Part shown: piece by piece, positions 21,585 to 30,185 of the stretch
How the letters are laid out: each line of letters opens with the position of its first letter
Numbering within the stretch: position 1 is the first letter of the stretch
From: an uncultured Gaiellaceae bacterium
GTDB lineage: Bacteria > Actinomycetota > Thermoleophilia > Gaiellales > Gaiellaceae
DNA: 64,000 bases
Direction of reading: 5' to 3'
Assembly: GCA_963845935.1 (NCBI GenBank)
Contig: CAWJTZ010000013.1
Location: 63,081 to 127,080, forward strand
The notes under the pieces: generated by a model
What the model saw: the letters and a program-made list of their open reading frames with translations, nothing else
What the model was told of the DNA's origin: nothing
The model's database searches: none
Position numbers and translations under genes: made by a program

Positions 21585-22907
21585 CTAGAGCGCTGCGAAC
21601 ACGCGGCGCGGTCCCTCGATTCCCTTCAGCTCGTGCTCGCCGCGGTCCTCGAACTCGAGGCCGGAGCCGGCGACGAGGTCGCGGGTCGTCGCGCTCACCA
21701 GCACGTCCGCAGCGCCGCCGATCGACATGACCCGCGCAGCGACATGCACGGCGATGCCCCGAGGCTTGTCACCGGAAGGTCGCTCCACTTCGCCCGTATG
21801 CACACCGGCGCGGACCTCTAGCTCGAGCTCGTTCAGCGCATCGCGTATGGCGAGTCCGCACCGAATCGCGCGCGCCGGCCCGTCGAAGAGGGCGAGGAAG
21901 CTATCGCCCGCTGTGTCGATCTCCTCGCCGTCGAAACGGTCGAGTTCGGCGCGAATCGCCGAGTCGTGACGGGTGAGGAGATCCCTCCACGCCGCGTCGC
22001 CGAGCATCGTTGCCCGCGCTGTCGAGCCGACGAGGTCCGTGAAGAGGATCGTCGCTAGGACACGCTCGCCGGACGGCCTCGGCCTGACTCCTGTGAGGAA
22101 CTCCTCCACCTCGTCGAGAACGACACGAGGGTCCGCGACGAGCGTGTGGTCATCCCCTGGAAGCTCCACAAACCGCGCCCCCGGGATCCGTCTCGCGATA
22201 TATCGGCCCTCCTCGAGGTGCGCGTCGCGATCTTCGGTGCGATGTATGACGAGGGTCGGGCACTGGATCGTCGGCAGGACGTCCCGTACGTCGACCTGGG
22301 AGTTCATGAGGATGAGGTCGCGCGCTCCTGCAGGGCTGAGGGACGCCCGGCCACGCCGGTGGAACCACGCGGCCTCGGCCTCGTCGGGATCCGGCCACAT
22401 AGTGGTGAGGTCGACGTTAGAGCCCCACGTCTCCTCGAACTCACGAGCCACCTGAACCCGCTCGTCCCAGGTCGGCGCCCAGGGGTAGGCGTCGTCTGGA
22501 TCACGCCGCTTCGCGTACGTGCCGTACAGGACGAGCCCCCGCACCCGCTCGGGATACGTCGCGGCGAAGAGGACGCCCAATGGGCCGCCTTCCGAGTAAC
22601 CGAAGAGCGCCGCGGACTCGCTGCCCGCCGCGTCCATCACCGCGCGGACATCGTCCATGCGCGCCTCGAGATCGGGCAAGCCGACGTTGCGGTCCGAGAG
22701 CCCGGTCCCGCGCTTGTCGAACCGGATGAGCCGCGCGAACGACCCGAGGCGGTCGTTGACGTACCGCGACGCCGACAATTCCCAGTCGATCTCGAGGTGG
22801 GAAAAGAACCCATGGATCAAGACGAGGTCGAACGGCCCCTCGCCGGTGACCTGGTACGCGATGTTGACATCACCGCTACGCGCGTACTCGATGGGAGCAA
22901 TGCTCAC
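21585..22907 (-). CDS. Alpha/beta-hydrolase domain fused to a class III adenylate/guanylate cyclase domain
   Basis: GTG 22907. DLVLIHGFFSHLE...LFGYSEGG (nucleophile elbow), then VLATILFTDLVGSTA...DTAGDSFLALFDGP...GVHTGEVE. This is the C-terminal 440 aa of ORF 21585..23819. Confidence 0.88.
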   Translation of the reverse strand: MSIAPIEYARSGDVNIAYQVTGEGPFDLVLIHGFFSHLEIDWELSASRYVNDRLGSFARLIRFDKRGTGLSDRNVGLPDLEARMDDVRAVMDAAGSESAALFGYSEGGPLGVLFAATYPERVRGLVLYGTYAKRRDPDDAYPWAPTWDERVQVAREFEETWGSNVDLTTMWPDPDEAEAAWFHRRGRASLSPAGARDLILMNSQVDVRDVLPTIQCPTLVIHRTEDRDAHLEEGRYIARRIPGARFVELPGDDHTLVADPRVVLDEVEEFLTGVRPRPSGERVLATILFTDLVGSTARATMLGDAAWRDLLTRHDSAIRAELDRFDGEEIDTAGDSFLALFDGPARAIRCGLAIRDALNELELEVRAGVHTGEVERPSGDKPRGIAVHVAARVMSIGGAADVLVSATTRDLVAGSGLEFEDRGEHELKGIEGPRRVFAAL

Positions 22908-23471
22908 CGTGACCTGCGGAAGCAGTCGACCGTGTGGTCGTCGACCATCCCCACGGTCTGCATGAACGCGTAGATCACCGTCGGCCCGATGAAGCGGAAG
23001 CCGCGTCGCTTCAGATCCTTCGAGATCGTCTTCGAGAGGTCGGTCTCGCCGGGGAGCTCCGAGAGCGACCGGAAGCGGTTGACGATCGGCCGGCCGCCGA
23101 CGAACGACCACAGGTACTGCGTCGAGGCTCCCGAGCTCGTCCTGCACCTCCAGCACGCGGGCGGCGTTGTTGACGGTGGACTCCACCTTCAGCCGGTTGC
23201 GCACGATGCCCGGATCCGCGAGCAGTCGCTCGACGTCCTTCGACCCGAAATGGGCGACCTTCGCCGGGTCGAAGGCGGCGAATGCGCGCCGGTAGCCCTC
23301 GCGCTTGCGCAGGATCGTCGACCAGGACAGACCGGCCTGTGCGCCTTCGAGCGTCAGCATCTCGAACAGGTGCCGGTCGTCGTGCGACGGCGTCCCCCAC
23401 TCGTCGTCGTGGTAGGCGACCATGAGGTCGTCGCCTTTGGCGACCCACTCGCAACGCGTGACGGTCGGCAT
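22904..23471 (-). pseudogene. tag: DNA-3-methyladenine glycosylase I, frame switch near 23117
   Basis: ATG 23471: MPTVTRCEWVAKGDDLMVAYHDDEWGTP...NNAARVLEVQDELGSLDA. It resumes one frame over as YLWSFVGGRPIVNRFRSLSELPGETDLSKTISKDLKRRGFRFIGPTVIYAFMQTVGMVDDH...; the stop is at 22904-22906. Confidence 0.9.
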
Positions 23472-23492
23472 CGGCGGATAGGATCGCAGGCC

Positions 23493-24155
23493 GTGCGCCG
23501 CGTCGCCCCGGTCCTGCTCGTGCTCTCGTGCGTCCTCCTCTCCGGCTGCGGGGGAGGGGACGACGGGGCGAGCGGGGGTGACACGACCACGACGACAGCA
23601 GTGACGGAGTGCGCGGACGTCGACGCACCCGATGCGCGCGAGGCCGAGACGCGCGAAGCGCCGACCGAGAAGCTCGATCCGGCGAAGACCTACGTGCTGA
23701 CGTTCGACACGTCGTGCGGCTCGTTCTCCGTGACGCTCGACCAGAAGCTCGCGCCGAACACCACCGCGTCGCTCGTCGCGCTCGCGCGGGACGGCTACTT
23801 CGACGACACGATCTTCCACAGGGTCGTCCCGGGCTTCGTGATCCAGGGCGGAGACCCGACGCAGAGCGGATCCGGCGGACCGGGCTACTCGACGGTGGAC
23901 GAGCCACCCTCGGATGCGAAGTACACGAAGGGTGTCGTCGCGATGGCGAAGACCGGGGTCGAGGCGCCCGGAACGTCGGGCAGCCAGTTCTTCGTCGTCA
24001 CCGCCGACGATGCCGGCCTTCCGCCGGACTACGCGATCGTCGGCGAGGTGACGGACGGCATGGATACGGTCGAGCGAATCGAGAAGCTCGGAGTCGGCGA
24101 CGGTCCGCCCTCCCAGCCGATCGTCGTCTCGAGCGTCACCGTCACCGAGAGCTGA
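23493..24155 (+). CDS. Cyclophilin-type peptidyl-prolyl cis-trans isomerase, lipoprotein
   Basis: GTG 23493. Lipobox LLSGC. FHRVVPGFVIQGGDP...GVVAMAKTG...SGSQFFVV. Confidence 0.88.
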   Translation: MRRVAPVLLVLSCVLLSGCGGGDDGASGGDTTTTTAVTECADVDAPDAREAETREAPTEKLDPAKTYVLTFDTSCGSFSVTLDQKLAPNTTASLVALARDGYFDDTIFHRVVPGFVIQGGDPTQSGSGGPGYSTVDEPPSDAKYTKGVVAMAKTGVEAPGTSGSQFFVVTADDAGLPPDYAIVGEVTDGMDTVERIEKLGVGDGPPSQPIVVSSVTVTES

Positions 24156-24667
24156 TGGGCGGGGTCGCCGCGGTCGTCCTCGCGGCGGGCGAGGCGTCGC
24201 GGTTCGGAAGCCCGAAGCAGCGACTGCTCCTTCCCGCCGTCCTCGAGCGGCTGCTCGAGTCCCCGGTCGACGAGATCGTCGTGGTCGAGGGCGCCTACGA
24301 CCTCCAGGCCGACGAGGAGGTCAGGATCGTGCACTGCTTTGACTGGCAGCTGGGTCCCGGCGCGTCGCTTCGGTGTGGCCTCGAGGCGCTCGGCGAGAGC
24401 GTGGACGTCGCGGTCGTCGTCCTCGCCGACGGTCCGTACCTGGCGCCGGCGGCGATCGAGCGCGTGCTCGGAGAGTGGCGGCAGACGGGTGGGGTCGTCA
24501 CCGCTTCGTACGGCGGCGGGCGCGGGCATCCGCTCGTTCTCGGCCGGGAGGACTGGAGCGGGATCCCCGACGAAGGGCTGCGCGACCGGCCCGCGCGCCT
24601 CGTGCCGTGCGACGACCTCGGCGCCCCGGGCGACGTCGATCGACCGGAGGACCTGCCGGGGCCGTGA
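24155..24667 (+). CDS. MobA/MocA-like nucleotidyltransferase (molybdenum cofactor cytidylyl/guanylyl-transferase family)
   Basis: ATG 24155 overlaps the upstream TGA. AAVVLAAGEASRFGSPKQ...VVVLADGPYL. Confidence 0.75.
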   Translation: MGGVAAVVLAAGEASRFGSPKQRLLLPAVLERLLESPVDEIVVVEGAYDLQADEEVRIVHCFDWQLGPGASLRCGLEALGESVDVAVVVLADGPYLAPAAIERVLGEWRQTGGVVTASYGGGRGHPLVLGREDWSGIPDEGLRDRPARLVPCDDLGAPGDVDRPEDLPGP

Positions 24668-24725
24668 CAGGCGGCAACCGCGAAGCGGTCGCTTCAGACG
24701 TTCTCGCGCTCGTGCAGGGACGAGC

Positions 24726-24962
24726 CTAGGCGGTCGCGTCGAGCCCGCGCAGCTCGGTGAGCTTGTCCATCAGACCTGGTGGCATGCGCTCCATCGAGCT
24801 CGTGCGCACGTAGCGCCGAAGGCTCTCCTCGAAGCGGTAGCGCCGCCGGCAGTAGTCGCACCCGCCGAGGTGATCCTCGGCCTCCCTCCACTCCGAGTCG
24901 GTGAGCGTGCGATCCAGGAAGTCCTGGAGGAGCTCTTCACAGCGATCGCACGGCTCGCCCAT
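24726..24962 (-). CDS. ZAS-family anti-sigma factor (RsrA/RshA-like)
   Basis: 78 aa. C-x2-C at the N-terminus and HLGGCDYC (HxxxCxxC). Immediately downstream of, and abutting, the ECF sigma gene. Confidence 0.85.
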   Translation of the reverse strand: MGEPCDRCEELLQDFLDRTLTDSEWREAEDHLGGCDYCRRRYRFEESLRRYVRTSSMERMPPGLMDKLTELRGLDATA

Positions 24963-25547
24963 CTAGGAGAGCGCCTCCTCCGCGAGGTGCTGCTTGAGGG
25001 CGCGGCGGCCGCGATGAAGTCGTGACATGACGGTTCCGATCGGGACGTCGAGGATCTGTGCCGCATCAGCGTACGAGAAGTCCCCGATGTCGACCAGCAC
25101 GACGACGTCGCGGAACTGCGATGGGATCTCCGACAGCGCGTTCACGATCGAGTCCTGCGAGAGACGCTCGACGACCTCGTCGGTCTCGAGAACCTCCTCG
25201 CCGCCGGCTGATGCGAGCTTGTTGGCGAGGTAGTAGTCCGTCTCCTCCAGCGGTTGAGTCTGCGGGGAGCGCTGGATCTTCCGTCCACGGTCGACGTTGA
25301 GGTTCGTGAGGATGCGCAGGAGCCACGCGCGGAGGTTCGTCCCCGGTGTGAACGACTTCCAGCTGCGAAATGCCCTTGCGTACGTCTCCTGTACAAGATC
25401 CTCTGCCTCCTCACGCGAGCCGACCAGTCGCCTCGCAACCCGGTACACCTGGTCCGCGAGCGCGAGCGCCTCCTCCTCGAAGTGCGCACGGTCGCGAGCT
25501 TCGGTTGCGATCCGGCGTGCTTCGGTGTCGGGGCCGGCCTCGCTCAC
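24963..25547 (-). CDS. ECF RNA polymerase sigma factor (SigH/SigR-like)
   Basis: 194 aa with GTG start. Region 2 (DLVQETYARAF...WLLRILTNLNVDRGR) and region 4 (YADAAQILDVPIGTVMSRLHRGR). Confidence 0.9.
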   Translation of the reverse strand: MSEAGPDTEARRIATEARDRAHFEEEALALADQVYRVARRLVGSREEAEDLVQETYARAFRSWKSFTPGTNLRAWLLRILTNLNVDRGRKIQRSPQTQPLEETDYYLANKLASAGGEEVLETDEVVERLSQDSIVNALSEIPSQFRDVVVLVDIGDFSYADAAQILDVPIGTVMSRLHRGRRALKQHLAEEALS

Positions 25548-25583
25548 CGGAGTACCGTACCGCTGTCCTCTACCGGAGCCTGG

Positions 25584-25609
25584 AACGAGGCGCGGACGGC
25601 AGCTATTCC
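25584..25609 (-). promoter_or_regulatory. SigH/SigR-type promoter (GGAAT-N18-GTT) upstream of the sigma gene
   Basis: The minus strand reads GGGAAT(25610-25605)-agctgccgtccgcgcctc(18 nt)-GTT(25586-25584), 36 nt upstream of the GTG at 25547. Confidence 0.5.
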
Positions 25610-25824
25610 CGCTCGTCGGGGATTTCGGGGAACCCGGAGCGCGTGAGCGCCGCCACGATCTCGTTCTTCGACGTCTTCTGCTCGTCCCACTCGAGCGCCA
25701 CCTCGCCCATCAGGTTCGCGTTCGCGTACTCGATCCCCTCGTGCCCGCGAAGCGCTCCGGCGAGCCGCCCGATGCAGCGCTCGCAGCGCACGCCGCTCAC
25801 CCTGAGAGTCGCGCTCGTCATCAC
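25603..25824 (-). CDS. Heavy-metal-associated (HMA) domain protein
   Basis: 73 aa. LRVSGVRCERCIGRLAGAL (CxxC in the HMA position) with a beta-alpha-beta-beta-alpha-beta-like pattern. Confidence 0.65.
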   Translation of the reverse strand: MMTSATLRVSGVRCERCIGRLAGALRGHEGIEYANANLMGEVALEWDEQKTSKNEIVAALTRSGFPEIPDERE

Positions 25825-26027
25825 GCCGATGCTATCGGGACGACCGCGTCCAGCCGAAGCTCACGTTCGGCGAACCCGCTGGGGCGACTACGGCCGGAGT
25901 GCGCGCGGCAAACGCTCTCGTGAGAGCGCGACGCGCTCGCGCTGACCCGCCGAGTGGACGTCCATCCGCGCCCGGCGTGCGCGACGAGGCGAGGCCAGGC
26001 GACATCGTGGAGGGTGTTACGTCAGCG

Positions 26028-26384
26028 TCAGCGCTTGACCCCGTGCACCGGGCGGCCGGCAGCCTCCCACGCGTAGTACGAGGCGCTCGGCCCGAAGCCC
26101 GTCTCGTAGCCCACGACCCGCGGATTCCGTCCGACCTCCTTGGCGCGCTGCGCGTGCCAGAGGAGGTTCGGGTCGTCGCGCTCCTCCCACACGAGCACGA
26201 GATGCGCCGCGGTCATGAAGTCGGCGACGAAGGAGCACCCCTCCGCCGGGCACGGAAAGGGATCGGTGCGGACGCAGTACCAGCCACCGTGGCCCCCGTC
26301 GTCGTCACCCTGCCACAGCTCCTCGTCCGACTCGAGGCCGACGTCCGAGAGCACCGCGGTGCCGGGACGAAGTTCCGACTCCAC
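26028..26384 (-). CDS. Hypothetical Cys/Trp-rich protein
   Basis: Candidate GTG at 26384 in ORF 26028..26678. ...WYCVRTDPFPCPAEGCSFVADFMTAAHLVLVWEERDDPNLLWHAQRAKE... No family recognised. Confidence 0.4.
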   Translation of the reverse strand: MESELRPGTAVLSDVGLESDEELWQGDDDGGHGGWYCVRTDPFPCPAEGCSFVADFMTAAHLVLVWEERDDPNLLWHAQRAKEVGRNPRVVGYETGFGPSASYYAWEAAGRPVHGVKR

Positions 26385-26402
26385 AGGGGCACAATAGCCC
26401 TC

Positions 26403-27563
26403 GTGTCCGAGTCCAAGTCCGAGCCACGCGACGTCGCGATTGTCCTCTCGGGCGGTGGGATCAACGGGATTCTCCTCGAGCTCGGCTTCCTGCGCCGGCT
26501 CTCTGAGAGCACCCTCTGGCCGCGGATCGGCTGGCTGTATGGCACGTCGGCCGGCGCGCTCGCCGGAACGATGGCGGCTCTCGACCGCCTCGACGACCTC
26601 GAGGAGTTCGTGCTCGGGCTGCGTCCCGAGGACGCGTTTCGGCCGCGCCCCGTGTGGCAGTTCCCGGGGGGGCTGCACGACTACACGCTCCCGGAGACCG
26701 TGGCGGAACGCATCGGCTCGGCCGCCGAGCTCGGTTCGGCGCTGGCCGCGGCGCCCATCGAGTTGCTCGTCTACGCAACCGACGTCACGGAGTACCCGGA
26801 AGGCGACGTCGAACGCGACTTCGAGCTCGAGTACTCGTCGCGCACGGCGTCACCCGAGACCATGGGGCGTGCGATCCTCGCATCGGCCGCGGTCAGCGGG
26901 ATCGTGCTGCCGCTCGCGGTCGACGGGAGGATCGCGACGGACGGCGGCTGGGTGCGCAACTTCCCGTTCGAGCACGCCTACCGTAACCCGGGCGTCGCTG
27001 CGATCGCGGCATTCAGGTACGTGCCGAGCTACCCGGCCAGCGACGGCGCGTTCCTCGAACGGACGCGCGAGCGGCTCGAGCGCTTTCGCGCCGTGCCGCC
27101 GGTGGGAGCGCTGCTCGCCGAGCTGCGGCTGGCGCAGGAGCGCGCGGCGCGCGGCGAGCCGGCCCACTACGGCGAGCTCATCGTCCGGCTCATGCGGGTC
27201 GCGTTCGCACGGAACGCAGTCGTCGAGGAACGGCTGGCCGCTGAGCGCGACACCTCGGTCTCAGAGCTGCGGCTTCTCCGCGAGGACGTCATCGAGACGT
27301 CTGTCGCCGCAGCGCCAGCGTGGCGCCGCAGGCGGCTCCGCGACGATCTCGAAGCCCGCTTCGCGGCCGCGCGGTTCCCGTTCCGGCACGACCGGCACGT
27401 CCCCTCGCTCATCGTTCGCGGCAGCGCCGGGTCGGACAGCCTCGACCCCACCTTCCGGGGCGACACCCCGTGGCCCGTCGAGCGCAAGCGGGCACTGATC
27501 GAGCGCGGCTACGCCCTGACGGACGACGCGCTCGCAGGAGCGGGAGACGTACTAGGACTGTGA
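26403..27563 (+). CDS. Patatin-like phospholipase
   Basis: GTG 26403 within ORF 25899..27563. IVLSGGGINGILLELG (oxyanion GGG), GTSAGAL (GxSxG), DGGWVRNFP (DGG). Confidence 0.88.
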   Translation: MSESKSEPRDVAIVLSGGGINGILLELGFLRRLSESTLWPRIGWLYGTSAGALAGTMAALDRLDDLEEFVLGLRPEDAFRPRPVWQFPGGLHDYTLPETVAERIGSAAELGSALAAAPIELLVYATDVTEYPEGDVERDFELEYSSRTASPETMGRAILASAAVSGIVLPLAVDGRIATDGGWVRNFPFEHAYRNPGVAAIAAFRYVPSYPASDGAFLERTRERLERFRAVPPVGALLAELRLAQERAARGEPAHYGELIVRLMRVAFARNAVVEERLAAERDTSVSELRLLREDVIETSVAAAPAWRRRRLRDDLEARFAAARFPFRHDRHVPSLIVRGSAGSDSLDPTFRGDTPWPVERKRALIERGYALTDDALAGAGDVLGL

Positions 27564-27604
27564 CCGCAAGCCGATTCTGGGCGGCGAGCGTCTTTGACGT
27601 ACGC

Positions 27605-27634
27605 GATCGGAATCCGCGCTCGCGGATTCCGATC
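27605..27634. terminator. 30-nt perfect inverted repeat between convergent genes (possible bidirectional terminator)
   Basis: gatcggaatccgcg-ct-cgcggattccgatc. The 14-nt arms are exact reverse complements. Confidence 0.4.
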
Positions 27635-27699
27635 TGCGGAGAAAGAGGTCGGCCGGGGTCCGGGCAGGCGGTCGGACCCCGTGCCGGCGTTAGTGAGCA

Positions 27700-27719
27700 G
27701 GCCCCGGCAGACCGGGGCC
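27700..27719. terminator. GC-rich hairpin 10 nt beyond the htrA stop
   Basis: ggccccgg-caga-ccggggcc (8-bp stem, 4-nt loop). No U-tract. Confidence 0.3.
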
Positions 27720-27729
27720 GTGCTCGCGG

Positions 27730-28931
27730 CTAGCCCTGGGGGGATGGGGGCTGCCGTCCGAGCGTGACGGTCACGCTCGTCTTGTTCGCGTCGCGGTAGA
27801 TCACGAGCTTGACCTTGTCGCCGGGCTTGTGCGCGGCGACCGCGTCGCGGAGCTCTTCGATCGAGGAAATCTTCCGGCCGTCGAAGGAGACGATGATGTC
27901 GCCACCGAGCACGAACGTCTCGCCGGCGACGACGACCCTCGTCTTGCCGCCCTTGAGACCGGCCTTGTCGGCGCCGGACTCGTTGGTGACGGACTCGACG
28001 ATGACGCCCGTCCTCGACCGCGAGGTTGTACTTGTCGACGACGTCGGGGGTGACGGCCTGACCGCTGATCCCGAGGTACGCGTGGTCGACGCGCCCGGTG
28101 CGGAGGATCTGCGCGACGACGTCCTTGACGGTGTTCGAGGGGACGGAGAAGCCGATACCGACGTTGCCGGTGGCGGTGTCGCCGGTCTCGATCTGCGAGT
28201 TGACGCCGATGACCTGTCCGCGGCTCGAGAGGAGGGGGCCTCCGGAGTTGCCGTGGTTGATCGGCGGCGTCGGTCTGGATGACGTGGTCGATCGTGAAGC
28301 GGTTCGGTGCGGTGATGAGTCGCTGCACGGCGCTCACGATCCCGGAGGTGACGGTGCGGTCGAGCCCGAACGGGTTGCCGATCGCGACGACCGGGTCGCC
28401 CACGGCGACCTTGTCGGAGTTGCCGAGCGGAAGGGGGGTGAGTGCGCTCGCGGAGGCGTCCACGCGCAGCACTGCGAGGTCGGTGGACGGGTCGGTGCCC
28501 ACGACCTCGGCCTTGACCGTGTCACGGTTCGAGAAGCTCACGGTGACCTCGTTGGCGCCCTCGACCACGTGGTAGTTCGTGACGATGTGGCCCGCCTTGT
28601 CGATGACGAAGCCGGATCCGAGCGCCGACGACTGCGGCGTCGGACTCTGATCGGAGGGGACGACGCGCGGGTCGAACGACGTCGAGTTGGTCGTGGCGTT
28701 GACGCGCACCACACCCGACGCGGCACGCTCGTAGATCTCGTGGACGCTCAGCCCGGTCGCGCCGGGCGCCAGGGGTGGCCCACCGGCGGCGGACGTCTCC
28801 GTGACGACCGTCGTGTCGCCGCCGTCGAGCCCTCCGAGGAGCGCAACCGCTCCGACCGCAACGGCCCCGCCGAGCGCCGCGGATGCGACGAGCGCGGCGA
28901 TTGGTCCAAGAGTGCGGCCCACCGACATCAC
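27730..28931 (-). pseudogene. htrA: HtrA/DegP-family serine protease with C-terminal PDZ domain, two frame switches (~28261, ~28008)
   Basis: ORF 27801..28931 reads ...GSGFVIDKAGHIVTNYHVV...DLAVLRV...IQTDAA. The next frame gives INHGNSGGPLLSSRGQVIGVNSQI...YNLAVEDG. The third frame (ORF 27730..27912) gives ...GGDIIVSFDGRKISSIEELRD. Confidence 0.9.
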
Positions 28932-28997
28932 TCGACGGTTATAACCCGGTGGTCGTGAACCCCGGGTTAGCGGCCGTTAAGCGCCTGTTGCCGAGCG

Positions 28998-30185
28998 CTA
29001 TGCGACCAGCACACCGGTCACGTACATGGTCGCAATACCCACGAGGAAACCTGCGATCGCGTGGCCCGAGCGAAGCCCGCCAGGTGCCGTGCGCGCGACG
29101 TAGCGACCGACCTCGACGACCACCTGGAGTGCAGCGCCTGCGGCGATCGCGAAGAACAGTGCGCCGAGGACGTCGCTCGACAGATAGCCGCCGATCCAGG
29201 CGCCGAGGATCGCCGGCGCTCCGGCGATGACGGCGAGACCGCCCAGAGCGAGGACGCCGATGCGCGTCTTCGCGACGGGGGTGGCGATTCCGAGGCCCTC
29301 CGTGACGTTGTGGATCATGAAGCCGACGATCAGGAACGCCCCGAGCTGCAGCTCACCGAGCGCGAACGAGGCGCCGATGGCGAGTCCCTCTCCGAGGTTG
29401 TGCAGGCCGATCCCGATCGCGATGAGCAGCGCGAGCGTCACCCCGGTCGCCTCCGAGCCACCCGTGAGCCGGCCGGCAAGCGCCGTCATCCCGAGGAAGC
29501 TCAGCGCCACGCCGAGGAGGACGAGCCCGGCGCCGCCGAGCGACGACGGGAGCGCCGCCTGCAGCTGGAACGACTCCGTCAGCGCCTCGACGCCGAGGAA
29601 CGTGAGGAGCCCGGCCGTGAACGCCATGAACGTCGCAAGCCACACCGGCCCTGCCTGGCGGAGCGCCGGGAGCCAGAGGAGCCCGAGCGCGATCGGCAGG
29701 ACGCCGACCAGGAGCCCGATGAGCGCGTATCCGAAGAACCCCTCGACGGAAGGCTCCGGCGTCTCGACCGCCGCCGGCACCTCCTTCACGGTCTGGATGC
29801 CCGTCGAGCTCGTCACGCCGACCGTGATCGGGTCGTTCTCGACCCACTGGAACGGGACCACGATCGTCGCCGAGCGCAGGCGGCCGAGGGTGGTCGGGCC
29901 GTCGACGGTGTACGGGACGATCGCGTCGTCGACGTTCACGTTCGCGATCGTCAGGTCGTCGCGCTGCGGGTTCCGCACGAGGATGCGGATCTCGCCGGGC
30001 GAGAACTCCACGCGGCGGATGTCGAACTGATCGGCGGGCGGCGGGTTCGAGCCGACGAGGTCGACGAGGGACGAGCCTGCCGTGACGACCGCGCCGACGG
30101 CGAGCGCGAGCAGGAGGACCGGCACGACCGCCCACAGCCGCCAGTTCAGCCGGCCCCGGGGGGTCGCTGCCGATCCGGCTTCCAT
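28998..30185 (-). CDS. ZIP-family metal transporter with an N-terminal extracytoplasmic domain
   Basis: ATG 30185 overlaps the MCO stop. MEAGSAATPRGRLNWRLWAVVPVLLLALAV..., about 130 aa soluble domain, then GIGLHNLGEGLAIG and MIHNVTEGLGIA ZIP motifs. Confidence 0.85.
   Translation of the reverse strand: MEAGSAATPRGRLNWRLWAVVPVLLLALAVGAVVTAGSSLVDLVGSNPPPADQFDIRRVEFSPGEIRILVRNPQRDDLTIANVNVDDAIVPYTVDGPTTLGRLRSATIVVPFQWVENDPITVGVTSSTGIQTVKEVPAAVETPEPSVEGFFGYALIGLLVGVLPIALGLLWLPALRQAGPVWLATFMAFTAGLLTFLGVEALTESFQLQAALPSSLGGAGLVLLGVALSFLGMTALAGRLTGGSEATGVTLALLIAIGIGLHNLGEGLAIGASFALGELQLGAFLIVGFMIHNVTEGLGIATPVAKTRIGVLALGGLAVIAGAPAILGAWIGGYLSSDVLGALFFAIAAGAALQVVVEVGRYVARTAPGGLRSGHAIAGFLVGIATMYVTGVLVA

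Noticed and set aside
21585-23819. A single 744-aa ORF that looks like a Tag-hydrolase-cyclase fusion
   Set aside because: The Tag C-terminus is recoverable in another frame and ends at 22904-22906. A GTG at 22907 starts the hydrolase-cyclase protein. The apparent fusion arises from a frame switch near 23117.
25899-26402. The N-terminal 168-aa extension of the patatin ORF (25899..27563)
   Set aside because: The extension is Arg/Pro-rich with no motif and is antisense to a better minus-strand ORF (26028..26384). The patatin core starts right after GTG 26403.
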